DNA of 50,774 nt from an uncultured Candidatus Bathyarchaeia archaeon (GTDB taxonomy: Archaea > Thermoproteota > Bathyarchaeia > TCS64), in the NCBI GenBank assembly GCA_964587735.1, contig CAZPMB010000003.1, positions 1-50,774 on the forward strand, in the 5' to 3' direction. The stretch's first letter is position 1. Each line of letters begins with the position of its first letter. Below the pieces are notes generated by a model. The model was not told where the DNA came from and ran no database searches. It worked only from the letters and a program-made list of their open reading frames with translations. This document shows, one piece after another, positions 27,259 to 36,411 of the stretch. Made by a program: the position numbers and the translations under genes.

Positions 27259-28905
27259 TTGAAGGTGGAGGCGGCGAACGGGCTCGTCAGGGCCCTGAAG
27301 GAGGAGGGCGTCGGGTGGGTCAGCACCTTCCCGACAAACATATTCAACAACGCCTGCGGCGAGGAGGGCGTCCGCAACCTCATGGTCAGGGACGAGCGCT
27401 ACGCTGTGGCCGTTGCCGACGGCTTCTCAAGGGTCTCCAACGGCAGGCGCTTCGGCGTCTGCTCCGTCATGGGGGCGCTCAACGCCGCGGGGGCCCAGAT
27501 GGCCTACGGCGCCCTAGCCCAGGCGTACGAGGACTCGACCCCGCTCCTCTGCCTGACCGACGGTGTCCCCCTGGACATGATCGGAGTCGAGCGGTTCAAC
27601 ATCGAGGACGCGTTCGGGAGCGTCACGAAGTGGAGCGGCTACATCAACAGGGCCGAGAGGGTTCCGGAGTTCATGAGGAGGGCTTTCACCCACCTCCGAT
27701 CCGGGAGGCCCTCCCCCGTCCTCCTCCAGCTGCCCCGGGGCCTGGGCAAGTACGAGGAGGACGAGTTCCCATACGCCGCGGTGAAGGGCTGGAGGTCCCA
27801 GGGGGACCCAAGGGACGTTGAGGTCGCCGCCAGGGGCATCACGTCGGCCAGGAAGCCCCTAATATACGCCGGGCAGGGGGTCTTCTACGCCGACGCCTGC
27901 GAGGACCTCCTCAGGTTCGCGGAGCTCGTCCAAGCTCCGGTGCTCACGACCCTGAAGGGCAAGAGCTGCTTCCCCGAGGATCACCCCCTCTCACTGGGGG
28001 TCAGGGGTGCCCCGGCCGAGAAGCTCCTCAAGGAGTCCGACCTCGTCTTCGCCGTCGGCTGCAGCCTCTCGCCCACCAACTTCGGCCACAGGATCCCGAA
28101 CCCAAGGGGGAAGACCATAATCCACTGCACGGTCGACGTCTCGGACGTCAACAGGGTTTACCGGGCCGATCACGCCATCGTAGGCGACGCAAAGCTGGTC
28201 CTGCAGCAGCTAATCACGGAGGTCGAAGGGAAAGGGTCTCCGAGGAGAAGGGGGGTCGCCGAGGAGATCGGAGCGGCCAAGAAGGAGGAGAAGGCGAAGT
28301 ACCTGCCCCTTCTGAATTCCGAGGAGAGGCCCATAAACCCTTACCGGGTCTATAAGGAGATCATGGACGCCCTGGACAGGCGCAACTCTTCTGTCACCCA
28401 CGAGTCGGGGAATACGAGGGACCAGTTGACGACCATGTACGAGGCCATAGTCCCCCACGGGTACGTCGGCTGGGGGAACGTCAGTACCCTCGGCTTCGGC
28501 CTCGGCGCCGCGATGGGGGCGAAGCTCGCCTTCCCTGAGAGGCAGGTCGTGAGCGTCACCGGGGACGCCGGGTTCGCCTACCAGGTCGGGAACTACGAGG
28601 CCCTAGTCAGGAACAAGATCGGCGTAACCACAGTCCACATCAACAACTCGGCCTTCGGGGGCTACGGCCCCGGATTCTGGGGACCCGGCCACTCGCCGTA
28701 CACCTACGGCGTTACCCCATCCGAGGTCTTCAACACCGCCAAAACGGTTGAAGGCCTGGGGATGAGGGCCGAGAGGATAGAGGACCCGGATGAGATCGCC
28801 CCCGCGTTGAAGCGAGCGCTCGCGGAGAACGAATCGGAACGGCCCGCTTTCGTCGAGGTCATCTGCTGCCAGCACCCCGTCTACGGCCCATGGGTGAGAG
28901 GCTGA
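27259..28905 (+). CDS. Thiamine-diphosphate-dependent enzyme (acetolactate synthase-like superfamily)
   Basis: LKEEGV, RDERYAVAVADG (catalytic Glu), TLGFGLGAAMGAK, TGDAGF...NNS ThDP motif. Start placed at TTG 27259 after GAGGA. Confidence 0.9.
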   Translation: MKVEAANGLVRALKEEGVGWVSTFPTNIFNNACGEEGVRNLMVRDERYAVAVADGFSRVSNGRRFGVCSVMGALNAAGAQMAYGALAQAYEDSTPLLCLTDGVPLDMIGVERFNIEDAFGSVTKWSGYINRAERVPEFMRRAFTHLRSGRPSPVLLQLPRGLGKYEEDEFPYAAVKGWRSQGDPRDVEVAARGITSARKPLIYAGQGVFYADACEDLLRFAELVQAPVLTTLKGKSCFPEDHPLSLGVRGAPAEKLLKESDLVFAVGCSLSPTNFGHRIPNPRGKTIIHCTVDVSDVNRVYRADHAIVGDAKLVLQQLITEVEGKGSPRRRGVAEEIGAAKKEEKAKYLPLLNSEERPINPYRVYKEIMDALDRRNSSVTHESGNTRDQLTTMYEAIVPHGYVGWGNVSTLGFGLGAAMGAKLAFPERQVVSVTGDAGFAYQVGNYEALVRNKIGVTTVHINNSAFGGYGPGFWGPGHSPYTYGVTPSEVFNTAKTVEGLGMRAERIEDPDEIAPALKRALAENESERPAFVEVICCQHPVYGPWVRG

Positions 28906-28910
28906 AAACG

Positions 28911-29054
28911 CAGGGCTACTCTCTCCACGAGCTGAAGAGGCTGGTCGAGGGGAGCGGCTGGTCCTAAAAGGTTTGCGACGGGGGATACGCTTCTGAACCC
29001 TTCACCACGGACTCCAGCAGGATGATTCTCGTGGCCAAGAAGGAGGGGCCCTAA
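28911..29054 (+). pseudogene. Remnant C-terminus of a class I SAM-dependent methyltransferase
   Basis: QGYSLHELKRLVEGSGWS*KVCDGGYASEPFTTDSSRMILVAKKEGP*. No start, internal TAA at 28965-28967. Matches the YS..EL..L...G....V.GGY...PF...S.RMI.VA.K tail pattern. Confidence 0.65.
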
Positions 29055-30487
29055 CCAACCCCGGGGGCGCGGGAGAGGATCTCGCCCACGTTGAGGATCT
29101 CCAGCGTGCTCGTCCTCCCCGGGGCCTCTAGGCCCGATCCCGAGACGACCATTATCACGTCCCCCTTCTCGATCAGCCCCTGCTCAAGGCTCCTGCTCAC
29201 CGCCCCGACGATAAGCTCGTCCCTTTCGTCGCTCCAGGCCACGTCGAGGGGCTCGACGCCCCAGTAGAGGCGTATCCTCCTGCCCACCTTAGGGCTCTCA
29301 GTGACCGCCAGTATCCGGGTCATCGGCCTGTGCTTGGAGACCATTCGGGCGGTGAAACCGCTGCGGGTGACCACGATGATGGCCGCCGGATCGACGGCCC
29401 CGACGGCCCTGGAGGCGAGGTTTCCTATGACGTCGGCGATGGAGCCCCCGACGCTCTGAGAGGCCTCTGCCAAGGGCTGAGGGCTCCGCTCAATTGTCCG
29501 GCTGATGCTGTTCATCGCCCTCACCGCCTCTACGGGGAAGAGGCCGACGGCCGTCTCCTCCGAGAGCATCACCGCGTCGGCCCCGTCGAGGATCGCGTTT
29601 GCGACATCGCTCGCCTCAGCCCTTGTGGGCCTCGGGCTCGCCACCATCGACTCCAGCATCTGGGTGGCGACTATGACAGGCTTCCCGGCGGCCCTGCACT
29701 TCCCTATGATACTCTTCTGGAGCAGGGGTACCTCCCACGGGGGCACCTCTACCCCCAGGTCCCCCCTGGCAACCATGACTCCGTCGCTGGCGTCGACGAT
29801 CTCGTCGATGTTCTCGACGGCCGCACGGTGCTCCACCTTTGAAATGACGGGGTGGTCGCCGCCCGCCCGCTCGATCGCCCTCCTCGTGTTCTCGACGTCC
29901 CGCCCGTCCCTGACGAAGGAGACAGCGAACCAGTCGCAGGACCCGACCCCGAACTCGATCCCCCTCACGTCCTCGTCGGTCGGCGGCCTCACAGAGAGAT
30001 CGGCGCCGGGCGCGTTCACCCCCTTCCGGCTCGTCACCTCGCCCCCGGAGACCACCCTCCCGGTGAAGCCCTTGAGGTCCTCGTCCACGGATGCGACCAT
30101 CACCTCGATCGCGCCGTCATCGATGAAGATGCTCCCGCCGACGCCGACCTCGCGCGGGAGGTTCTCGTAGCTGACGGAGAGCTCCCTGCCGTCGCCCAGC
30201 ACCGGCCTGGTCGTGAAGTGCACTTGGTCCCCTGGCCTGAGGTTGACCCTCCCGTCCACCTCTCCTACCCGGATCTTCGGCCCAGGCAGATCTATCAGGG
30301 TCGAGACCCCCTCCACCCCGGAGAGGGCGTCGATCACCCGCCTGCTGTAGTCGAGGCCCCCGTGGGAGAGGTTGACGCGCGCCACGTCCATGCCGGCCTC
30401 CGCCATCGCCCTCATCGTCTCAGGCCTGTCGGAGGAGGGCCCGATAGTGCAGACGATCTTCGCCCTCACGAACTGCGGGGCCGCCAT
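29051..30487 (-). CDS. pyk: Pyruvate kinase
   Basis: KIVCTIGPSS, ARVNLSHG, DLPGPKIR, ISKVEH, VARGDLGVE, ATQMLESM, DAVMLSEETA. Confidence 0.97.
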   Translation of the reverse strand: MAAPQFVRAKIVCTIGPSSDRPETMRAMAEAGMDVARVNLSHGGLDYSRRVIDALSGVEGVSTLIDLPGPKIRVGEVDGRVNLRPGDQVHFTTRPVLGDGRELSVSYENLPREVGVGGSIFIDDGAIEVMVASVDEDLKGFTGRVVSGGEVTSRKGVNAPGADLSVRPPTDEDVRGIEFGVGSCDWFAVSFVRDGRDVENTRRAIERAGGDHPVISKVEHRAAVENIDEIVDASDGVMVARGDLGVEVPPWEVPLLQKSIIGKCRAAGKPVIVATQMLESMVASPRPTRAEASDVANAILDGADAVMLSEETAVGLFPVEAVRAMNSISRTIERSPQPLAEASQSVGGSIADVIGNLASRAVGAVDPAAIIVVTRSGFTARMVSKHRPMTRILAVTESPKVGRRIRLYWGVEPLDVAWSDERDELIVGAVSRSLEQGLIEKGDVIMVVSGSGLEAPGRTSTLEILNVGEILSRAPGVG

Positions 30488-30623
30488 CGCCGCTCGAAGT
30501 AACTCTTCTCAACCGCCTTTTTAAGCGCCTCGAAATCGGGGGCATAGACCCCAGGTGCATAATGACCACTGCTTCTGCGATCTGGTTCAGCCTTGGCGAG
30601 CGCCGCGCCTAAAGGAAAGTGGG

Positions 30624-30872
30624 ATGACATGCCTCCATCTACATCCCGGAGGCCTGAGGATACCGGACTGGGAGCAGCTCCAGGACGTAGTCGTGGTGGT
30701 CTGCCGGGGCTGCGGAAAGGTGCTGGAGATCGGATTTGGGTCCAGGTCTAGCGAAGCCGGAACGGCAAGCCAGGGACGGAACAAGAGGTTAGACTGGAAA
30801 CGGTTTATTAACCCCCCACGATCATTCTCAATTCCAGTGGTCGGATTTGGTTTACTGTACAGAATGTGGTGA
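30624..30872 (+). CDS. Possible small metal-binding protein (CxHxH...CxxCG)
   Basis: MTCLHLHP...VVVVCRGCGKVLEIG with coding-like codons. The C-terminal half runs through the next gene's promoter. Confidence 0.3.
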   Translation: MTCLHLHPGGLRIPDWEQLQDVVVVVCRGCGKVLEIGFGSRSSEAGTASQGRNKRLDWKRFINPPRSFSIPVVGFGLLYRMW

Positions 30873-31140
30873 GCAGAACGAGGAGGGCATCAGGTTCTGC
30901 AAGAAGTGCGGCGCGCCCCTCGACAGCCGTTTGGGCCGCCGGAGATACGGACACGAGAGGGACATGTGCTTCGGGGTGCCGATTGCGGGCTATACCTGGG
31001 GCCTGCTGTTCGGCCTGGTGATCATCCTCTGGGGCGCATCCCAGCTCTTCGGCCTCGACTTCAACTTCTGGGCCATCTTCGCCGTCGCCTTCGGCCTCAT
31101 CATACTGTGGGGCGCACTGCAGAGAACCAGCCGAACATAG
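30847..31140 (+). CDS. Zinc-ribbon domain membrane protein
   Basis: YCTECG....FCKKCG followed by two TM helices. Confidence 0.85.
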   Translation: MVYCTECGEQNEEGIRFCKKCGAPLDSRLGRRRYGHERDMCFGVPIAGYTWGLLFGLVIILWGASQLFGLDFNFWAIFAVAFGLIILWGALQRTSRT

Positions 31141-31159
31141 TTGGATCCAGGCAGGCCGC

Positions 31160-32788
31160 CTATCTCTTTTTGAGGACCCGCCCGGACAGGGCGCCGGTGT
31201 GTTCGCCGCGCCTCAGAGTCACGACGCCGTTCACCACGAGGTGCTCTATCCCCTCGGGGTAACGCATCGTCGCCTCAGGGGGCACGAAGTCCGACCTGTC
31301 GATGACGGTTTTGGGGTCGAAGACAGCGATGTCCGCCCACATCCCCGGCAAGACCAGCCCACGGTCGTTTAGCCCCAGGATCCTGGCGGGAAGGGAGGTC
31401 ATCTTCCTAACGGCCTCCTCCATCACTATCACCCCCTTCTCCCTGGCGTAGACGCCCAAAACCCTGGGGAAGGTGCCGTAGAACCTGGGGTGGGGGGCCG
31501 TAATGTGCTTGGCCAGCACCCCGTATGGGGCGTGGGCCTCTCCGTCTGAGCCGACAGCGACCCACGGCCGGGCCATTATCGCGTCCACGTTCTCGTCCGT
31601 CTGGTTGAAGTTGACGAAGCTGAAACCGCCCTTCAGCTCCTGGGATGCGAGCTTTGCGACGTGGGCCCTGAAGAGGTCGAAGACGGTGTCCTCCCCGCTC
31701 TTACCCCTCGACTCGGCCACCTCAGCTATGGTCTTACCTACGATCGAAGGGTCAAGGGGGTAAGTCGAGATGAGGGCAGCCTCCGAACCTCCCCTGTCGT
31801 CCATGGCCCTCGCAAGCCCTTCCTTGATCTTGGGCGACACCTCGGGGTCCTCGAGCCTCTCCGCCAGGGCCTCCAGGCCCCCCTCGTTGGCCCAGGCCGG
31901 GATCCATGCTCCCGGACCCGTTCCGCTGGCCCTGTAGGGATACTGGTCTGCGGTCACGTCGACGCCCCTCGCCCTCGCGTCCTCCACCATCCCGATGAGC
32001 CTCGGGCAGACGCCCCAGAGCCGCCTGGAGAGGACCTTGAAGTGGGAGATGTTCACCGGGAGCCCGGCCCCCTCGCCGATTCCTATGATCTCCGCCACCG
32101 CCCCGACGGGGTCGCCCCTATCCCCCTCGTCCCTGATGTGGCTCGCGTAGTAGCCGTCGTATCGGGCGACGACCTTCGCCAGCTCTATCACCTCCCCGGT
32201 CTCTGCGTAGCTCTGGGGGTCGTACCTTAGCCCCGCGGAGATGCCGAAGCATCCGGCCTCCATCGCCTTCGCGACCTCAGCCCTCATCGCCTTCAGCTCC
32301 CTCTCTGTCGGCGCCCTCATCTCCATCCCCATGACGTACTGGCGGACCGTTCCGAAGCCTACCTGGGGTGCGACGTTCACCGAGATGCCGCCCTCCTCGA
32401 GCTTATCGAGGTACTCCCCGACGGTGGACCAGTCGACTTCGACACCAGCCTCACCCAGGTAGGGGTTCTCCCGCTCCACCTCCTCCCTCATCTCGTCGTT
32501 GAGGGGCGCCGCTCCCCCTCCGCAGCTCGGGAAGACGACGGTCGATACCCCCATGTGGACCTTGCTCTCGGCCCTCCTGTTCACGAGCAGGGCGAAGTCG
32601 GAGTGGTCGTGGAGGTCGATGAAGCCGGGGCACACGATCTTTCCGGAGGCGTCCAACTCCTCCGTCGCCCCCCCGGAGACCCTCCCCACGGCCGCGATCC
32701 GCCCGTTCTCGACTGCCACGTCCGCCCTGAACCAGGGGTTGCCTGCCCCGGTGACCACCCTCCCGCCCTTTATCAGCAGATCGAACAT
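31160..32788 (-). CDS. N-acyl-D-amino-acid deacylase (D-aminoacylase family amidohydrolase)
   Basis: PGFIDLHDHSD, SHIRDEG, ISHFK, VGSDG, HPRFYGTFPRVLG, ADIAVFDP. ATG at 32788. Confidence 0.93.
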   Translation of the reverse strand: MFDLLIKGGRVVTGAGNPWFRADVAVENGRIAAVGRVSGGATEELDASGKIVCPGFIDLHDHSDFALLVNRRAESKVHMGVSTVVFPSCGGGAAPLNDEMREEVERENPYLGEAGVEVDWSTVGEYLDKLEEGGISVNVAPQVGFGTVRQYVMGMEMRAPTERELKAMRAEVAKAMEAGCFGISAGLRYDPQSYAETGEVIELAKVVARYDGYYASHIRDEGDRGDPVGAVAEIIGIGEGAGLPVNISHFKVLSRRLWGVCPRLIGMVEDARARGVDVTADQYPYRASGTGPGAWIPAWANEGGLEALAERLEDPEVSPKIKEGLARAMDDRGGSEAALISTYPLDPSIVGKTIAEVAESRGKSGEDTVFDLFRAHVAKLASQELKGGFSFVNFNQTDENVDAIMARPWVAVGSDGEAHAPYGVLAKHITAPHPRFYGTFPRVLGVYAREKGVIVMEEAVRKMTSLPARILGLNDRGLVLPGMWADIAVFDPKTVIDRSDFVPPEATMRYPEGIEHLVVNGVVTLRRGEHTGALSGRVLKKR

Positions 32789-33027
32789 ACGGATCAAGGA
32801 AGCCACCCAGGGACTGATATATCTTTTAGCCGAGCCCGGTGTTGAATGGTGGCTTATTTGTCATTTGCAACGAAAGGTCTGAAGCGCAGTAAAGCTATTA
32901 CTGGTCGTTCCCAGGATTTTCTCAGTTGTTCCAGTTCGATGTTCAAGGGCTTGGATGGGGATGACGCAGCTTTATCTACTGTGCCTGTTAAATATGGAAT
33001 GCGTCAGTGAATGTTGGTGAACGATGT

Positions 33028-33597
33028 ATGTTGATCCCACCGATGGTAGGCCAGGAGGGGGGAGGGTTCGACATCATATGGTTACTCCTCCCACTTCTGT
33101 GCTGCGTTATGGCGATGTCCCAGCGGGGAGAGAGGCCACAGGCGCATGAAGCGACAACGGAGTCGTGGTACACGACCCAGGGCATAGGGGCCGCCTACTC
33201 GGCGATAGAGGCCGAGATCGGCGAGTGGAGGGAGGAGGCGGCCGCGAGGCAGAAGGAGAGGGCTGGGTCCATGACCTCCAGGTTAAGGGGCGTCCTCGGC
33301 GGGGGGAGGGAGCAGGAGAGGTACGTGGTGAGGGAGACTAGCCCTCCGAAGCTCTACAAGATGGACGACGCCTCGGGCCCGATTTACTTCGAGCTAACCG
33401 AGGTGGAGGGAGGGGGGACGGTCGTCAAGGCGACCTACAACTCGGCCATTAAGAGCAAGATGGCAAAATTCAAGGCCAAACTGCCACTGAAGATCCCTGC
33501 AACCCCAATAGGCAACAGGTGCCCGTCCTGCGGGAAGCCCGTGCTCAGGGAGTTCAAGCTGTGCCCGTACTGCGGCGAGCAGCTGATAACGGAGTAG
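33028..33597 (+). CDS. Membrane-anchored protein with C-terminal double zinc ribbon
   Basis: N-terminal TM (IIWLLLPLLCCVMAM). CPSCG...CPYCG at the C-terminus. Confidence 0.78.
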   Translation: MLIPPMVGQEGGGFDIIWLLLPLLCCVMAMSQRGERPQAHEATTESWYTTQGIGAAYSAIEAEIGEWREEAAARQKERAGSMTSRLRGVLGGGREQERYVVRETSPPKLYKMDDASGPIYFELTEVEGGGTVVKATYNSAIKSKMAKFKAKLPLKIPATPIGNRCPSCGKPVLREFKLCPYCGEQLITE

Positions 33598-33606
33598 GCC
33601 TGCGGT

Positions 33607-34038
33607 ATGGAGTACTGGCGGCTCCTCGCCCATAGCCACTGGCTCACCCTCAGCGTGCTCGGGAGGGAGGTTAGGCTGTGCGCCCGTTGCTCAGGGTACG
33701 CGTTGGGCCTCCTTTCCTCAGCTGCTCTCCAATACCTCTTCGGGCTCGGTCCCTTCACCTCGCTTAGCGTCGGTCTTCAATTCCTAGTCTGCTTGCTGTT
33801 AATCCTGCCCCTGGCCTTCGACTGGGTCACCCAGTCATGGGGGTTGAGGGAAAGCAACAACCGCCTGAGGCTCATCACCGGCACCATGCTGGGCGTAGGC
33901 ACATTCCTCTTCTTGCTGATCGGGGCCCTTCCCCCCCTGAAGAACTCGTACTACCTCTCGGCCGCGATTGTCGTAGTCATTCTGGGTTCGATGGGGGAGC
34001 TGGTAGACAAACGCCTCTCACGCCCTAAACTTGTCTGA
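33607..34038 (+). CDS. DUF2085-like membrane protein
   Basis: LCARCSG, PLAFDWVTQ..GLRESNNRLRLITG, 4 TM. Confidence 0.8.
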   Translation: MEYWRLLAHSHWLTLSVLGREVRLCARCSGYALGLLSSAALQYLFGLGPFTSLSVGLQFLVCLLLILPLAFDWVTQSWGLRESNNRLRLITGTMLGVGTFLFLLIGALPPLKNSYYLSAAIVVVILGSMGELVDKRLSRPKLV

Positions 34039-34255
34039 GAAGCACTGCTCCCGACTTTTTATAGGTCACTATGTGATCGAGCCATCGATTTGGAAGTGTG
34101 CAGGAGCTTCCCTCTGGTCCCAACATCCCTGTCTAAGAAGTCTAGAAGTTACCTCTTCATCAATTAAAAAATTTCTCCAACAAATGCGTGCAATCACGGT
34201 TGTTCGGGATAGCCGTGCATGTGTTGGCTGGTCTAAGCTAGGGCTGTTGGTTTTG

Positions 34256-34263
34256 AAAAAAAA
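34256..34263 (-). terminator. Oligo-T terminator of cassette B
   Basis: T8 on the minus strand 20 nt after the stop at 34284. Confidence 0.55.
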
Positions 34264-34283
34264 TGGATTGGATTTTTCAGCCT

Positions 34284-34919
34284 TTACATCGGTATTATCT
34301 TCAGTACCTGAAGGAAGAACTGAGCCCTTCCCGCGAGCATCGACATCCTGAAGAGGACGGTGTTGGCGAAGTATACGCCCAGGCCGATCATGATAATCCA
34401 TCGGCCGATCCGGGTTGGGTAACTCAAGGCGCCGGTGTGCTCGTAGGTCAGCAGGAAGTAGGTTATGGCGCAGATGGTGCCAATGGCGACGTAAACGAAA
34501 GTGAACCAATCGATCGGCGCGTTGCCTGTTGGCGGCCTGATTGTTGAGATCACCTGGCTCAACAGGTTTGGTATTAGAACCCCCCTCATCCCTAGGCCGA
34601 ACCCTGCGCCCACGAGGATGGCGATGGGGTACCTGCTCACCCATCGATATTCGGAGATTAGGAGAGCGTACATGGCGAATCCTAGGATTAATGGTATAAC
34701 GTAAATGACTTCCCCTGCCATGAGCGGTCTTATGGCTATCCTGGTGACGTTCCCTATAGCCACCATCAACGATATTGCCATGGTTATCCCTATGTAGAGG
34801 TGCTCTGCGAACCTGTAGGCAGGAGTCTCCTTATAGAGGACGTAGCTGTAGACCATCAGTAACAGGAGCCATTGAAACCAGAGTCCAGATAATCCAAATA
34901 GATCAGTCGGATAAGCCAT
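34284..34919 (-). CDS. Cassette B subunit 4: multi-TM hypothetical protein
   Basis: FAEH, SRYPIAILVG.G.GL.MR and FANTVL.R motifs shared with 43378-44097. Confidence 0.85.
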   Translation of the reverse strand: MAYPTDLFGLSGLWFQWLLLLMVYSYVLYKETPAYRFAEHLYIGITMAISLMVAIGNVTRIAIRPLMAGEVIYVIPLILGFAMYALLISEYRWVSRYPIAILVGAGFGLGMRGVLIPNLLSQVISTIRPPTGNAPIDWFTFVYVAIGTICAITYFLLTYEHTGALSYPTRIGRWIIMIGLGVYFANTVLFRMSMLAGRAQFFLQVLKIIPM

Positions 34920-34920
34920 C

Positions 34921-35754
34921 TCATTTACCTCCTTTTCCTCTGGCAGAGAGCATGCCGATATTGGCCAATATCACGGCAGCGATAACTAAGAGATGGGAGA
35001 CATTTATCGAATCCATGGTGACTGTAGCAGATCCGGGCTCGCCTATCAACTTCTCCATCTCCGCGCCACCCCTGGAGCCCACGCTCATGCCGAAGAGGAC
35101 CCCAGCCCTATAATGGGGCATGTAGCTCGACCCCAGCATGGCGATACCTATCTCGCCTACAGGCGTGCCGTAATTGGTGTGCCACTGCCTTATGTAGTAG
35201 TCGCACCAGTCGCCTGTGTCGCCCGACAGAACAAGTCGGATGTCGCGAGCCGAATTCACGTTCTTCATCATCTCAATCTGATCGAGTGGTGTCCCATAGG
35301 CATCCGTTGGGAATACGGTTCTGATGTTAGCGCCCAATTGAGCAACCGCGGCCTCCAAGCCCGCGTAGAATCCGAGGAAGACGTAATCCTTACCATATTC
35401 CTTTTGGGCGAAGTCCGGGACGAGCTCTTGAAGTCTTGCCCATAAGATTTGGTAATCGACATAAGGACTTACAAAGATCAACTTCGCACCTTGCCTCAGA
35501 ATAATCTTCGTGCTGGCTGCCGTTGCGGGCATGCATTCGGGTATCCCGCCTACGCCGAAGGCTTCGTTGAGGAGGACGACGTCGCCTGGTTGTAAGGTTT
35601 TTAGCTCATTATAGAGACTTAGGGTGCTCGGCGTTACGGCGATGGGTAAACCTATGGGTCGGATAAAGGGGATCGCTAGGCCTATGAAGAGTATCCAGTA
35701 TAGGTATCTTCTGTCGATTTTCTGCAGCTTTACGAGGATCGACTCTCCGCTCAT
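34921..35754 (-). CDS. Cassette B subunit 3: TM-anchored alpha/beta domain protein
   Basis: N-terminal TM + RPIGLPI, soluble domain (YGKDYVFLGF, IRQWH), C-terminal TM. Paralog of 44102-44950. Confidence 0.85.
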   Translation of the reverse strand: MSGESILVKLQKIDRRYLYWILFIGLAIPFIRPIGLPIAVTPSTLSLYNELKTLQPGDVVLLNEAFGVGGIPECMPATAASTKIILRQGAKLIFVSPYVDYQILWARLQELVPDFAQKEYGKDYVFLGFYAGLEAAVAQLGANIRTVFPTDAYGTPLDQIEMMKNVNSARDIRLVLSGDTGDWCDYYIRQWHTNYGTPVGEIGIAMLGSSYMPHYRAGVLFGMSVGSRGGAEMEKLIGEPGSATVTMDSINVSHLLVIAAVILANIGMLSARGKGGK

Positions 35755-36407
35755 TTCCCTCCAGCCACCTCTCCATAGTAGCCCTTCTCCCTTCCAAGGA
35801 GAGCCCTTAGGCCGTAGGCGAGCAATCCGAAGGCACCAACCATCATAAACGTCCTCATAGCCGGAACTTGACCGTAGTCAAGGAACCATCTACCGACTAT
35901 AGGGATCTGGTTCCAGATCACCTCACCGATTGGTGCGTTAGTCAGCAGCACTATGCAGCCAGCCATAAGGAGTAATGCGGCATCTATGTTTCTGGCCCTG
36001 AATGCCCTGTAGGCAGCTGAGAAGATGTAGAAACCTGTCATTGCATAGAAAGTAGCATCGAGGCTTACGTATGGGTTCGAGAATATCCAGTCGTATAAGC
36101 TGTTGCTTTGTGGGTCACCTGTCGACGCATAGCCTACGAGACCAGTAATAAGAGTTAGCGCGAACAATCCAACGAGCATACCGCTGTATTGCCAATTGGT
36201 GCTCCTCCTCTGTATGACCTTACCATGTGACATCATCATCCTTATGGCGCCGAGTCCCATGGCTATGTTGTAGATGACCATGCCCCATGTCTGGACCTGC
36301 TCACCTATCCACGTGGATGTCTCGAAGAAGAAGAAGTCTATGAACATTATAGCGACGATTATAGCAGTTACAAGATATACGACCTGTCTTTGGAATATCG
36401 ACGACAT
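35751..36407 (-). CDS. Cassette B subunit 2: multi-TM hypothetical protein
   Basis: GFY..S..YRAFRARN, NAP, GRE.G shared with 44953-45633. 4-nt overlap with the next gene. Confidence 0.85.
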   Translation of the reverse strand: MSSIFQRQVVYLVTAIIVAIMFIDFFFFETSTWIGEQVQTWGMVIYNIAMGLGAIRMMMSHGKVIQRRSTNWQYSGMLVGLFALTLITGLVGYASTGDPQSNSLYDWIFSNPYVSLDATFYAMTGFYIFSAAYRAFRARNIDAALLLMAGCIVLLTNAPIGEVIWNQIPIVGRWFLDYGQVPAMRTFMMVGAFGLLAYGLRALLGREKGYYGEVAGGK

Positions 36408-36411
36408 CTTC

